A stretch of DNA of 61,620 nt, filler included, from Choristocarpus tenellus KU-1152 (GCA_964200185.2; 8 parts of 8 records of this genome joined end to end with filler, not necessarily neighbours in it), one strand, 5' to 3'; counted from the first letter of the whole stretch, positions 23,465 to 36,866 are shown. Numbers and translations are program-made. The notes: generated by a model from the sequence alone, not told the origin.

Positions 23465-24940
23465 CACCAAAATTTTCAAACTCGATGCCCTCTATTTATT
23501 ACCTTTTACAACCGTGTACACACTAGCTGTCAGCAGTGGTGGTAATTCCGACATTTTCAAACTCAATGCCCCGTATTTGTTACCTTCACAACCGTGTACA
23601 CACCAGCTGTCAGCATTGGTAATACCAACATTTTCAAATTCGATGCCCTCTATTTATTAGCTTTTCCACTATGTACACACCAGCTGTCAGCAGTGGTAAT
23701 ACCAACGTTTTCTAATTCAATGCCCCGTATTTGTTATCTTCACAACCGTGTACACACCAGCTGTCAGCATTGATAATACCAACATTTTCTAATTCGATGC
23801 CCTCTATTTATTACCTTTTTCAACCGTGTACACACCAGCCGTCAATGGTGGTAATACCAACACTTTCAGATTCGATGCCCTCTATTTATTAGCTCTACAA
23901 CCGTGTACACACCAGCTGTCAATGGTGGTAACACCAACATTTTTAGATTCGATGCCCTCTATTTATTACCTTTACAACCGTGTACACACCAGCTGTCAAT
24001 GGTGGTAACACCAACATTTTCTAATTCGATGCCCTCTATTTATTACCTTACAACCGTTTACACACCGGCTTTCAGCATTGGTAACACCAACATTTTCTAA
24101 TTTGATGCCCTCTATTTATTACCTTTTACAACCATGTGAACACCGGCTGTCAGCATTTGTAATACCGACATTTTCACACTCAATGCCCCGTGTTTGTTAC
24201 CGTCACAACCGTGTACACACCAGCTGTCAGCAATGGTGGTAATACCGATATTTTCAAATTCGATGCCCTGTATTTGTTACCTTTTTCAACCATGTACACA
24301 ACAGCTGTCAATGGTGGTGTCACCAACGTTTTCACATTCGCTGACCTGTATTTATTACCTTTACAACCGTGTACACACCAGCTGTCGATGGTAGTTGTCA
24401 CCAACGTTTTCAAATTCGATGCCCTGTATTTATTACCTTTTCCACCGTGTACACACCAGCTGTCAATGGTGGTGTCACCAATTATTTTCTAATTCGATGC
24501 CCTGTATTTATTACCTTTACAACTGTGTACACACCAGCTGTCAGCAGTGGTGGTAATACCAATATTTTCAAATTCAATGCCCTGTATTTGTTACCTTTAC
24601 AACCGTGTACACAGCTGTCAATTGTGGTGTCACCAACGTTTTCAGATTCGATGCCCTGTATTTACAACCTTTAAAACTGTGTACACACCACCTGTCAATG
24701 GTGGTGTCACCAATATTTTCAAATTCAATGCCCTGTATTTATTATCTTTACAACCGTGTACACACCAGCTGTCAGCAGTGGTAATACCAACATTTTCAAA
24801 TTCAATGCCCTGTATTTGTTACCTTTATAACTGTGTACCCACCACCTGCAGATGTTGGTGTCACAAAGATCTTCAAATTCGATGCCCTGTATTCATTACC
24901 TTTTCCACCGTGTACACACCAGCTGTCAATAGTGGTATCA
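23465..24940. repeat. Tandem array, about 77-bp unit x19
   Basis: Consensus ACCAACATTTTCAAATTCGATGCCCTSTATTTATTACCTTTACAACCGTGTACACACCAGCTGTCARYRGTGGTRWY. Unit length varies by small indels, so reading frame is not kept. Confidence 0.97.
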
Positions 24941-25044
24941 TCAATATCACAACCGTCACACCTATATTGTATTTGATCGAAACCTTTCATAAACACCGTA
25001 TTCTGCCACCCCAGTCACTGACAATGTAAGCCCCGAAGTCAATG

Positions 25045-25300
25045 TTGCCTAAGTATCTTAGAGGGTACGAGTTCTTCACTGGTTGTTCTTTGGGGCTTGA
25101 CTGCCCATGGGTTTTCAACGACACTGTACTTACTCCAACATGTTTTGGAGAAGTACAAATGTGTACATTATGGAAAGGAGTGTACGGAAAAAGGACATTG
25201 ACATCTCCAAACAAAATGATGGCAAGAATTACAGCAAAAATGCAACATTTGAATTTGGCTGCCAAATGGACGCGGCTCTACCCTTAAGATACTTCAACCC
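25045..25300 (-). mobile_element. MITE family A copy
   Basis: TIR AAGTATCTTAGAGGGTA; interior matches the other copies in reverse orientation. Confidence 0.85.
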
Positions 25301-26072
25301 GCACCCATAATACCAACCCTAACCCTAACCAAAATAAATTGCCTACATTTTGAACACTAATCCCAATCCACCAAGAGACATATTTCACCTTGCATCGAAC
25401 ATGTCAACGTAGTTGCAATTTATGCAAAAGAGAACTCTTCCAATAGAGTCTTTGCTTTAAGTTGTATTGATTTATATATTAGCGGNNNNNNNNNNCACTA
25501 CGTCAGCCACTTGTATTGAACAAAATAAGAAATCAATCCATCAAAACTCGAACCTGTGACCCTAAGCACACCAAATCAAATCCTTGACCCTTACTCTACT
25601 CAGTCAATACTTCTGTTGTAATCTACTGTTCGCTAAAGATATAATTCCCTATATAGTTCCTAGCCTATATTGCACACAATTCAGCAGCTATCATCTGAAT
25701 TGATTACAGCGAATTTGACCGACTCTTTTCCCGAAATTGGAACATGGGTTGCAGTTGCATATGTTGGGAGTAATCAGACAACTGATCCAAAGTAGAAGCA
25801 AGATTCCACGATGCAATTTCACGCACCACAACGTCCGTCTGTCGAGTGTGACCTGGTGACACCTTCGATACGCACGTGTGAGGGCTCCAATACCATTGGA
25901 ACCTTTCTGATAAGGTTCATATCGCGTTGCAATGCAATCTCGATACAACTTGCATGATGGTATCATCACGCGCGCGTTTCTTAGTCCAAAAACCCCGCTA
26001 ACCCTAAACTTAGAATTTGATCGCTTCTACCGACCGACAGAACATACCAAATTTGTACTTAGAAGTACGTTC

Positions 26073-26413
26073 GAGCCAAAGTATCTTAGAGGGTAGAGCC
26101 GCATACATTTGGGGGTCAAAATACAATGTTGTGATTTTGACGAAATTTTGGCTATCGTGTTTGTTAGGAAGTGTCAAAATCTCTCTTTTGGACACAACTT
26201 TCATAACGTATACATTTTACCTACTCCGAAACATCTTGGAGTCGGAAAACGTCATAAAAAAACCCATGGGAAGCCAAGCCCCACAAATGTATACATTTTA
26301 CCTACTCCAAAACATTTTGGAGTCGGAAAATATCACAAAAAAAAACATGGGAAGCCAAGCCCCACAAACGGACAAACAGGGAAACATTCGCTTTCTCTAC
26401 GATCGTTTCACCC
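26073..26413 (+). mobile_element. MITE family A copy with an internal 81-bp duplication
   Basis: Starts GAGCCAAAGTATCTTAGAGGGTAG; GTATACATTTTACCTACTCC occurs at 26208 and 26289. Confidence 0.85.
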
Positions 26414-27044
26414 GGTCGAAATTCATCATGNNNNNNNNNNNNNNNNNNNNNNNNNNNNNNNNNNNNNNNNNNNNTTAATTAATTAANNNNNNNNNNNNNN
26501 NNNNNNNNNNNNNNNNNNNNNNNNNNNNNNGATTTGAAAAGACAGAAAAAAAAAAGTTGTTGGGTCAAAATAGACGCCCCTCACAACCCCCCCCCCAGAT
26601 ACTTTGACCCCCTGCACACACATTGTACCATGGGTTTGTTGCTTGATGCACAGTTAATAATAAAAATCATCAAATACGGGGCCATACTTGGGATTTTTTT
26701 TCTTAAATGTTATTTTGAGTCGTTCCAAGTTTTAACTTCAAGACGGTTAACTTCAACCAGTGAAAAAAAAGAAGCACCAACATGCTTTCACACACTACTA
26801 ATAAGGTGTTACTCAGACAAAACACTGCTCACAAGACAACCAGTGAGGAAGGAGTACCAGCCAGCCTGACCCCAGTCAAAAAGGGGATAGAAAAGTTGTA
26901 CTCCTGATGCAGCACCGCCTTCGTGCCTTCCAACTACAGCACTCCCACTTATCATAATATTCAAATAATGTCCACTCTCCCTGTCTACCCAGAAAGTACA
27001 GAGTCGAAAACTAATCAACCAGTTGATACAGGCAAGCCACTCAC

Positions 27045-30000
27045 ATGTATCGGGGTCCGTGCGGCTTCAACTCAGCAGGCCCACATTCCAGGGTGGTGGT
27101 GGGGATCAGGCGACCTGTAGTCTGGTCATACAACAGCTGCTGGATGTTGTCCATCCCCAAATCTGGGATGAAAGCTACACGTCCCAGATAGGGGTCAAGC
27201 ACAATGGCATGGGCATGCGGCTCACTTTGACGGTTAGCCTTGAAATGTACAGGGCATTGCAATCCACAACACAATGAAGTGGTGAAAAATTACAAGAGCA
27301 GTCAGTGGAGAGGTGTCGGTGTGAGCTTTTAATACCAGTCATGACGGAGTTGTTGGAGATGCTCAGTGAGACGGGGTGAGAGTTTGGAAGGTGTAAGACC
27401 GCATGCAGAGGAAGTAAAAAGCATGGAATTGGGGGGTATGAGACAATCCGTGCATTGTGTAGTAGTCTCTTTCTATTCAACCATGCATTACCCCGGGCAA
27501 TTGAGTGCAGGAAATGTTTGAATGATATTCGAAGGCTCCAACCCACTCCTTCCAATGTGCATGTATGCAGCAGGCGCTCTCTGCAGTGTAGGGGAAAGAA
27601 ACTCACCAGATGGTCACCAAGGTCTTGAGCAACCACAGTTGTGGGAGGCACCAGCTTATGAGAAACTGTCATGCAGAAGCGAACGTGGGTTTGGGGGTGG
27701 GATGGGTGAGTTGGATGCAGCAGATTGACTACTCGCACTAAAGGCAACAGGGACACGGTTAGAGGGGAGAGGAGAGCAGAAAGTTAGTTGCAGGCGACAC
27801 TGACAAGGAGGTGTGTAGAGGAGGAATCAAGGAGGCACAGACAAATACACAATTAACACTATCCCTTAACAGAGAGGGCTCAGTCCCCTTCCTATCAATG
27901 CTTCCTTTCGCATCAAACTACACTCTACCCTCCAAACAGTCTAAGCTGATGCTTGGGTCTGTCGTGGGTTTCTAGTGACTTCCTTACAGAAATACTAAGA
28001 ACTGTGACAGGGCATCTCCTTGCAGTCCTATTGTCTTGTATGTACATACAACCTCACCTGGCTGCAGCATACCAGATGGAGTGAGAGGCATTGTCCCCAC
28101 AACAGAGTCCCAGTAGTTCACAAACAGCAGGTGCTTCTGTGCAATGTCCACCGTCAGGTAGCAGGTGCTAACGTGTACAGAGGCAGCATCATGGGTAGGT
28201 GTGTGTAATTTGCTTGCAACCACATTCTGAGTAACCAAGAAAAAAGGAGAGGAATTATGCTGCCAGTTTTGTCACATCAATGTAGGACCTTTTTTTTCTG
28301 GTTGATTTTAATATTTTGGAGGCACTCTATTCCATCATACCAGCTTGTAAGTCATGCAGAGACACTGTGAAGCAATAATCCTATGAGACACCTGTTCCCT
28401 CAATCTTGCCTCCTAGAGATGCCAACATTCAGCAATCTAGAACTCTTAAATGCTATACCACCACTTTGTGAAGACTATGATCTAGTTCTCAGTACTTACT
28501 ACTTGAAGGTATTCAGCAGTATCGATGTATCTGCCAACTCTGGACAAATAGAGAGGCCTGTATTCTGTCTCTTCTATCTGGTTCCGTAGTATTTGCCAAT
28601 GCAAATTAAGGATATCAACAAGAGTCGATTTCTCTTGTGCAACCAAAGTGCAAAAGTGTTCTCCCACCGCCTTCCATGTGTAAACTCCCTTCAAGGCTCT
28701 ACTATATCCCAACTCCACTTTTAGGATTACTATTGAGTCAAAGTATCTTAGAGGGTAGAGCCGCGTCCATTTGTGGGCCAAAATCCAATGTTGCATTTTT
28801 TTAAATGTAATTTTGGCTATCATATTTGTTAGGAGAAGTTAATATCCTTGTTCCGGACACACCTTTTCGTAAGGTATACATTTATACATTTTACCTACTC
28901 CGTAACATTTTGGAAGAAGTAAAAAGTCATCAAAAACCTGTGGAAAAAAAAATCAAGCCCCAAAAGGACAAACAGGGAAAAACTCGTACCCTCTAAGATG
29001 CTTTTACTCTATTGGGGGGGTTGACCAATACATTCTTCGCTGAATGAATAAGAGTAAGCTTTCACTTATTCCCTTTCTCCCTACCCGTTGAGCCTCCCTC
29101 TCACAGCAACAACGGCAATGGCCTCTGGTAAGTCTCAACTATGACCAAAAATCCTGCACTCATCACTCATACCATTAACTCACCTCTACGATTTTTCGTG
29201 CTCAAGCGATAGACTGGAGGGAAGGAAACATGCAAAGGACGAATGGAGGAGACCCCAGTCGAGTAGTGGGGTGCATTCCACGTTGTTCTAGTGGCAGGAG
29301 GTGCACCCCTCTTCTTAGATTAGTTGGACTCAGTAGTTGGGATAAATCGCTTGCGCAGGTTGAGGAAAATCGATGTGTTGAAGTGAAAACCTTCCATTTC
29401 GGGCTAAATTTAGCCACTCCCAAGAGTTTGATATGTACTCGGGACTACACAAACAGCTTACCTTCTGCCACACGCACTTTGGCTGCCTAAATGGGTGACT
29501 CGTCCACATGTTGGTGAAATCGAAAAAGCAGCAATCTGAAGGAGGTGGAGATAGGCATGCGGCTGGTGAAACGTTTTGGTAGGATATCGGGCTGGAGCAA
29601 GCTACAGGGGTCACAATGGGGAGGGAGAGTGAGGGAGGCTGAAAGGTACAACTGGCATGGATCAACCATGTCGAGCCTCAAACAAGCGGCACAACAAGGA
29701 GGAACAGCATTGCATGGGAAGAGAGGGGGTGCACAAAATCACCGCTCACGAAAACAGGTAGTATTCCTTCAGAAGAAAGAAAGAATGCCGTCACCTCGTT
29801 GTCCTTCTTTATGTCCTCTGTGCAACAGAACATGATGTTCTGGGTTGGATGATACCTAAAAAAGGCTGGATTCTCGAGGGTGTCATCGACGGTTAAGAGA
29901 GTCATCATTCCAGTCGCCCTATGAAGGCGAAATATATGGATCGTTGCCTTTGCAGGTGTACCTTTAGGAGCGTGCGCAAGGCTTTCGAACCTGTTGGTAC

Positions 30001-30194
30001 AGTAGTAAGAGAACGGGATTACGTTGTTAGTTGAACATGCACAATCCCCTCAAGTGGAATGCCTAATTTTTTATCACTAAACTCCTCATTTCTGTGGTCC
30101 TGATAGATAGACAAGCAAATTGCTCAACCTACCGATTGTAAGACGCCACGAAAACAAGCGGGTCCACCGCATCATGGTTCTCTCCTTCTCGCAT
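27045..30194 (-). CDS. 7-bladed beta-propeller lactonase (6-phosphogluconolactonase YbhE/Pgl-like), 3' truncated by the contig end
   Basis: Phase-consistent exons: 30133-30194 (VFVASYN), 29795-29990 (LAHAPKG...ENPAFFRYHP...CTEDI), 29462-29535, 28058-28167 (STCYLTVD...LLFVNYWDS), 27607-27665, 27045-27238 (RQSEPHAHAIVLDP...IPDLGMD...GPRY). The RQxxPHAH, DLGxD and GPR motifs typify this family. Confidence 0.9.
28735..29009 (+). mobile_element. MITE family A copy in a lactonase intron, 4-bp TSD TATT
   Basis: tatt|GAGTCAAAGTATCTTAGAGGGTA...TACCCTCTAAGATGCTTTTACTC|tatt. Confidence 0.9.
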
Positions 30195-31564
30195 CCTTAC
30201 TACGATGTGGATCCAAGACAAGATCTTTTGAAAAACACAAGCACACTACGAGTATATGACTTTTTTCCCTGCTAACTCTGGCCGGATTTGGAGATAGGGC
30301 TTGTAAGATGCTGAGAAAACTGGTGTGGGGTATACGCCAACCTCCCCTACTACCTACCCCTTCAACCTCTCTCTATCAGCTGCTAGCAATTGGTCAACTT
30401 GTTCAAGGTAACTTTCAACTTCTAACTTGATGTGTTGTTTGATGTTAACTTAAGAACCAAGAATGGATTCATCATTCTTGTAACTCTAGAATATTGTATT
30501 GTGTAGAGAGAATTTGATATTTTTATTTTTCCAGATCTCTGAACACGATGACACATATGTGACGTAAACACACACACACATTTACGATCAAATTGACCCG
30601 TTTCTAGTTCTTTCTCTTTTCTGTATTAAAACGAATAAACCAACAATGAAGTATGGTTTCCAAACACCAAAAAAAAACTCAAAAACCCAGTCACCATACA
30701 TCATACAGTTTAAAACATTGCAATATGATAATTATCAAGGTTATCTTTAGTTTCAGAACTACTTGCATTCACTACTACATTTACTATTATTATGGTGTCT
30801 CATATTTTGGAGGCATTTCAGAGAATAAGCCAAACCTTCATCATCAGAAGAACCCCTGTATGAAAATAATTGATGCCAAAAAGAGAAATCACGTCCCTCT
30901 CCCCCCAACTGTATGTGTGGCTACCTCATCTAAGAAACTCCTTGCGTAATTTCCAAGGCACCCAATGCTTTCCTCCATATAGTTGTTGAGATCATAAGTA
31001 TAAGGGTAAAAAACCCCGTCGTAGTGGGTGCGCTTTCGAGCCTCAGGTATAGCAGGAGTACACCGTTACTGGTGAAAGAGTGAGTCATATGGGAGGCCTC
31101 ACCATCCTCCACAGTGCAAGGAATGCCCATTTCCTTCTAGAGTTGGCCTAGAAATTTAACCATCGACGTATCCAATTGGTCCGATTGAAAAATCAAAGCC
31201 TTATTCCTTCATAGTTGTAAGTTGAGCTAAGGATACAGTTTCAAAATTTTCACCTATCAATATTATTTGAGTTGGAGGTTCTCCCATGTTCTTTCAGGCA
31301 TTTGAATAGGCACACCACTACAAACAAGGTTCAACTTAACCTAACTTGTTCTGAGAAGATAGAGGAGCTTGGTTGTTCAAGTAATTCATTTGTTCCCAAA
31401 ATTGTACAAACCTATCGTAGTATGAATCCGTAAAATCCCAACTTCCAACTACTAATAATATTTAAAATGTGATACAAATGTGGATACAGACACAAATCAT
31501 TGTTGATGGTGGGTGGAGAGGTATGGGGAGGGTCTGAAATTTACCCATAACGATGTAATAAAAT

Positions 31565-32100
31565 ATTTGACACATATCTAATTCTGAGGTAATAATTCTG
31601 TTCAGGAACGAGAACACCTTATTTTAAAAAGGTCATTATGGAGTTAGTGGAATGTAGAGGAATCAAGCTGACCATGTCCAGCATCACTTTTCTTGATGAT
31701 CTTGTTCACCACTAATGACTTCTATCCATCCACATTTATTTTTTATCCTATTTAGAGGGGTGTATGATGATGGTTTCTTTGACACATCTCCAAAAAGTTA
31801 AAAATGTCAAAGGGGATAGTAATAGTAATAGTAATAGTACTACTGGTAACAATGTAATAAAAGATTTCACACATACCTAATTCTTACGTCATTCTATTTA
31901 GGAAGGATAACAACCTTCCTATTTTAAAATGTTAGTATGGAGTTAGTGGTATGTAGAGGAATCAAGTCGACCATGTCCAACATCACCTTATAAGTTACTT
32001 GATCTTGTTTGCCACTAATGACTTCTATCCATCCACTTCTTTTTTTTGCAGGGGTGTATGATGATGTTTTCTTTGACACATCTCCGAAATGTCAAAGGGA
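31565..32100. repeat. Diverged direct duplication, about 300-bp period
   Basis: ATGGAGTTAGTGG(A/T)ATGTAGAGGAATCAAG...GACCATGTCCA...CCACTAATGACTTCTATCCATCCAC is present twice. Confidence 0.85.
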
Positions 32101-34602
32101 ATGGGAATATAATAATGATGTGATCACGCATGATGATCTATCTTAGGATCAAAGAAGAAAGGCAAGGTGTAAGATACTTGTATAATCTATCGCTATACCT
32201 GATCTTACAGACCACATATCTGGAAAGTCCCTCATTCTCGGGTGCATGACTAAGCTAGACTCGTGAGATAAAAAATATATCGGGGAATTTTGAAGTTCAT
32301 CGATTGTAATCAACTCCCAAAGTGAGAGTAATCCTCACAACTTAACGTTGAAGAGGAAAGCTTCTTCACAAGGTACTCTTTCCATATGTGCTTATAGAAG
32401 AATATTATATTAGAACAGAAAAGTAAATAAAGGTAGACAAAAAGCCACACAAACAAACACACACACACACACACACACATATCATAACTACGTGTTGTTA
32501 TACTATATAGTACAAATACTACTTGGCACAAAAAGTCAAATAAACACAAAAAACGGGGTACCGTGAAGGAAACACAAATACACACACATCAGATCTCACA
32601 TTCACATGGGAATAGGTTTTGATATGAAAAGTTTTCCGTTCTTCAAAACCCTGCCAGGAGGACACTGTCCACAAATGCACTTCCAACTACGAATCTAACA
32701 CAAATCCCAACGCAAACATAAATTGTCTCATGATCACATAGAAATAGGGTACTGATAGGGTACTGTCATGGAGAGAATCTCCCCGTCATTATTACTGAAC
32801 CCAGTAGGGTACCTTCCTCCACTGCCCTCCAAACTCGGGTGCTCTTCCCACAATACAGCTACTGGCCCCTTGATCCTTCTACGTTAGCCTTCCCCCCTTG
32901 CATCCCAACAATGCTCTTGTTCAGTTCTTCTCCGTCTCCATCACAAGGTTCTCCATCTAAATACCCGTTTCCCCCTCCTTTCTCATCCTACCACACTTTC
33001 TAGGGAGGGGTACCTACGAATCAGACAAAGCGCATGTACTTGGGGGAGAGGGTTCTTTCATGGACGGGTTCTTGTTTGTCTGGCACAGCTAGAGTTAGGT
33101 CAGTACAGGTTCATTTCTTTTTATCCAACCTGAATATTCATCCATCTTCTCAAGTTTGGCACATACCTCTGATCCTATCGAAGTTTACATTCATATATCT
33201 TCTCAACTTTCCTCTCTCGTTTATACTATGTTTAATACAAATTACACATTTATTAAATTTAGGTGTGTTTCCCTAATTTCTTACGTTCAACACTCCATTT
33301 TACGGTGATTTGTCAAGAGGTGGACTATAACGAGTTTCTCTTTTTTGCCATTGTCTTCTATGTTGCACTGAAGTAGGAGACTCATCAAAATAGATGGTTT
33401 GTGTCATATCATTTGAACCAAAAGCACTTTATGATACGATATCTTTCATCTTCACTATACTGACATAAACGTCAGTAGTATTGAATCAACTTTGTTTCCC
33501 AGTACTTCAAAGTGTACTATTTGAAGGCGACACACTTTTTTACAAATACTGCGTCTCCCTTATCGTCCCCTAGATTTTAAAATATTAAATACCACTGTTC
33601 CACTGGGGAGATAGTTGTACAACTCCTTTCTGTTTGTTGTTGATATATCGCTGTTCCTCTTGGATACTCAGACGACTATCTGGGTGATGGCTTGCGGATT
33701 ATGCTGCGTGGGTTCCTAGCCTCTGATTCCGTAAAATAATGAGATGCCACCATTGCTCCATCGAGGCAGGTAGTCATATGACTGTCTGCCCTGGTGGAAC
33801 AATGTTGCCTCAGTATTTGACGCTCAACCCCCCTCTCTCTTTCTTTGGCACTCTCTTGGTGTCCGAAGAGATCCTTCCACTGGTTTTTGGGTTTCAAGGT
33901 GACGAAAGAGACTGTTACAACTAGAAACAGGGGGCTTGTGTTGTGTTTGTATCTTGTGCCAACAAGTCGGTCACTACCTTTGGTAGTGTAATATGGTACA
34001 TATATATCACATGAGATATTATTTAGAGTGCGTAGGTTGAGTTCATGATCATGTGCGGTGCTACAATTCGTTTTAAATATTTTGTACCTGATGTAAGACT
34101 CGTCCTATAACTTGCAATATATTTATCCTTCGGATCATCCTGTCAGCTATTTCCTGACTACTAAGTACCTGTACTTTGTACCACAACACTCTCAGTCGTA
34201 TGCGAGGTGAGGGCAAACCTAGTGCTGGAAAGAATGAGTCTATTTTGTCCTCTTGTTCATCTGATTTGAGGATCTTCTATGCACACTACAGGGACATCAA
34301 ATGAGGGGAGCCCCTGAGTAACAAACAAGCAATGCAACTAACTCCCCCCCTCCTTGCATTGGTTTAGTGCTCAACCAAGAAAGTGCCTAAATACCTGCTC
34401 ACCGTTGTTGTCTTCATACATACACATACTCCAATGAGCTTTAGAGCGTCTAGATTAGGAGGTATGCTCACTTACAACCAGGCAACTCAATATATCGTGT
34501 CCAGGGCTCAGGCTGCCATTGGAGTGTTGGAACATAGTTCTTTTTTGGGTACAAGATAAGGGATAGATTCTTTATAAGAATGTCAGATACCATCAGTCAG
34601 AC

Positions 34603-34634
<32 letters not shown>

Positions 34635-35109
34635 GGACTTTTCACTTCAGTGCCCTTTGTCAATATCTAGTTAAGATGTCTTATCACTGCTGCAACCAAA
34701 ACATTTTCTGTACATGCATCTTCATTTTGATCATTGCACTACAAATATTCGAGCTATTGACAATGGGGTCAAGTCAGGATTTAACTAAGCGAGGGGGTGT
34801 ACCCAGATTTTCATAACGTAGATCTAGGAGCATAAAGAAGGGCAAACTAAAGAAAAAAAATATTTCGATGTGTCTTGAGCATACATAGAGCGCCCTGGAA
34901 CTCAAAAGATGATAGCATGTAGTATAGGACATGTTGTGGGAACTAGCATGAAGCATTCTTCAAATAGCTATACGAGCGACGAGCACAATTTGCAACCAAC
35001 TTTCCGATGCATGAGGCAAGTTATTCAAAACTGGCCAATGACAACAATGCTACCAGCATGGAGGACCGATGAAGTCTACCAGGCACTTCACAAAAGAGTG
35101 TCTTTCCTT

Positions 35110-36066
35110 TCACAGCTTACCATTCAATGGTCCTTCCCCCTTCAAGTTCACAACACTAGTGAGGAGCCACTCAACAACAATTGCCTCGTATACAGTTGTT
35201 CCCACATTATGAATACTGAAGGTCAGTGGACCCTCCACCCATCGCCAAGAACCAAGCTTGCACATATTGCCGTCTTTGAACGGATTGCCATCATCACAAC
35301 CAGCCTCATCATTGTCTACTACACTTCCATCAGACATGGATATGACAACTCCATAAAACCCCCATGTGTGTTTTCCCGTAGACTCCCCAGGTGAGAGTCT
35401 GAGTTTATACACACGTGCAAGGCCGGGGCGGCTGTGTGACAGCTGGAGGTCGTAGGACTTATGACTAAGGGGTGAGCGGGCGCCCACTGGTGGCGGCCTC
35501 AATATTTCCATCGCGTAAAATTGGGACGGGCGAAGATTCTCTGGGAGGAGGCACACCTGGTGTACGAAGGGTCTCAACTTACACATCGACCACCAGAGGT
35601 CGCCGTGAGAGGCATGGTGTACAAAGGGCTCCTTCAGTTTAAGAGGAAAGACAACGAATTAAAGGGGAATGGGCAACCAAAGGGTGAGGGAGTACGTATA
35701 CGATAGTTGCCAACCGAATCTATCTACTCAAACATGTTGGGACAATATATCCTATTTAGGTTCGTACCAACGGCAAGCATCAAAGCACGATTGCAAATTA
35801 CCGTCCAGATGAACAAAGAAGATTGCTCTGCTTATCGTTATACTTGAAATCACCTTATCTGTTGGTCGATTAAGGGCTGCCACTGAGTTAAGGGAAACGT
35901 AGAGCGTGTCCTCCGAATGACGGTGCCAAAGGCTCGTCTCTCCAGGCCGAAAGCCTGCAATATAAATCCAGCAATACTCATTGTCAAACTGTCTTCTATG
36001 GATGGGCTCGTCGTGAACCTCTACGTATTCAACCACTGTGCCATCGAACTTTGTCACCGAAGGCAT
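35110..36066 (-). CDS. Cupin-fold (RmlC-like, probably bicupin) protein, 2 exons
   Basis: Exons 35854-36066 (EPIHRRQFDNEY...FRPGETSLWHRHSEDTLYV) and 35110-35631 (second LSPGESTGKHTW repeat); phase-0 join; ends NGKL*. Confidence 0.8.
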
Positions 36067-36295
36067 GTTATCGACCAGTAGCGATTGGAACTCCGAATAA
36101 TCGACAAGATACAAGGCCACAACAACGGGCACCACAGGAAAGTGCCTGCAAAGGACTGATTTATGAGGTTTGGATCGTTGCGAAATGTTAGAATTTGACA
36201 ACTGGATATATACCATACGGTATCGTAGGATTGCAGGAAGACCAACCAACTACAATACTATTGTATGTCTCCATCCTCTATAGGAGGACTTAAGC
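36067..36295. promoter_or_regulatory. Probable bidirectional promoter between the cupin gene and RNase H1
   Basis: 229 bp between divergent ATGs. Confidence 0.55.
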
Positions 36296-36866
36296 ATGCC
36301 ATTCTATGCAATTAGGAAAGGAAAAGGCATTCCCACCATTGTTGGTACCTGGTCTGCCTGCCAGGCCCAGGCGAGTTGGTTATGGAGGTGACTGCATCCA
36401 CGGTGGTGCCAAGAGATCGTTCAGAGAAGCCGCGACTCCTGACCGCAAACTCTGAAATGTGTGTTCTCTGTTAATCCCTCGACAGGTTAAACACGTTCCT
36501 GGGGCTGAATTCCGAAAGTTTACCTCTCGAACGGAGGCCGAAGCTTATCTAAGAGGAAAATCGCAAGCACACAGCGCAAGGAGCCCCAACTCCTTTGTGT
36601 CCTGCATCCCTGATACTCGATGCCGCTTCCTGTACTTTGATGGGGGTAGCCGTGGCAATCCGGGAGTGTCTGGCGCAGGGAGCTTAATCGCTGATTATCA
36701 AGGACAAGAGATATGGAGGTAGGGACCATAAGCCGCGTGCCAGCTCTAGCATTGCCTAATGCCCCCCCCAACACCCCCCTACCAAAAGACTGGGCTCTTC
36801 ACCTCACACCCATTGCCTTCAGCGGGTATAAGTAAGTGGGGAACAAGAATAACAACAATGAGGCGG
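36296..36866 (+). CDS. RNH1: Ribonuclease H1 (hybrid-binding/viroplasmin domain + RNase HI catalytic domain), 3' truncated
   Basis: Exon 36296-36370 MPFYAIRKGKGIPTIVGTWSACQAQ (donor GCGAGT); exon 36486-36718 VKHVPGAEFRKFTSRTEAEAYL...LYFDGGSRGNPGVSGAG; exon from 36823 reaching NNEA(E), with an in-frame TAA at 36833. Confidence 0.88.

Noticed and set aside
23826-25029. ORFs with 26-aa repeats (YTPAVNGGNTNIFKFDALYLL)
   Set aside because: Unit lengths vary by non-multiples of 3, giving constant frameshifts; a by-product of the array.
27175-27756. 193-aa ORF resembling a LINE zinc-knuckle/RLE end (DLGDHL, PDL)
   Set aside because: These motifs are explained by lactonase exons in proper splice phase.
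29118-29890. Plus-strand Nudix-like snippets (RVVGCIP, WMIPKKGW)
   Set aside because: The second snippet is the antisense of a lactonase exon and no Nudix box follows.
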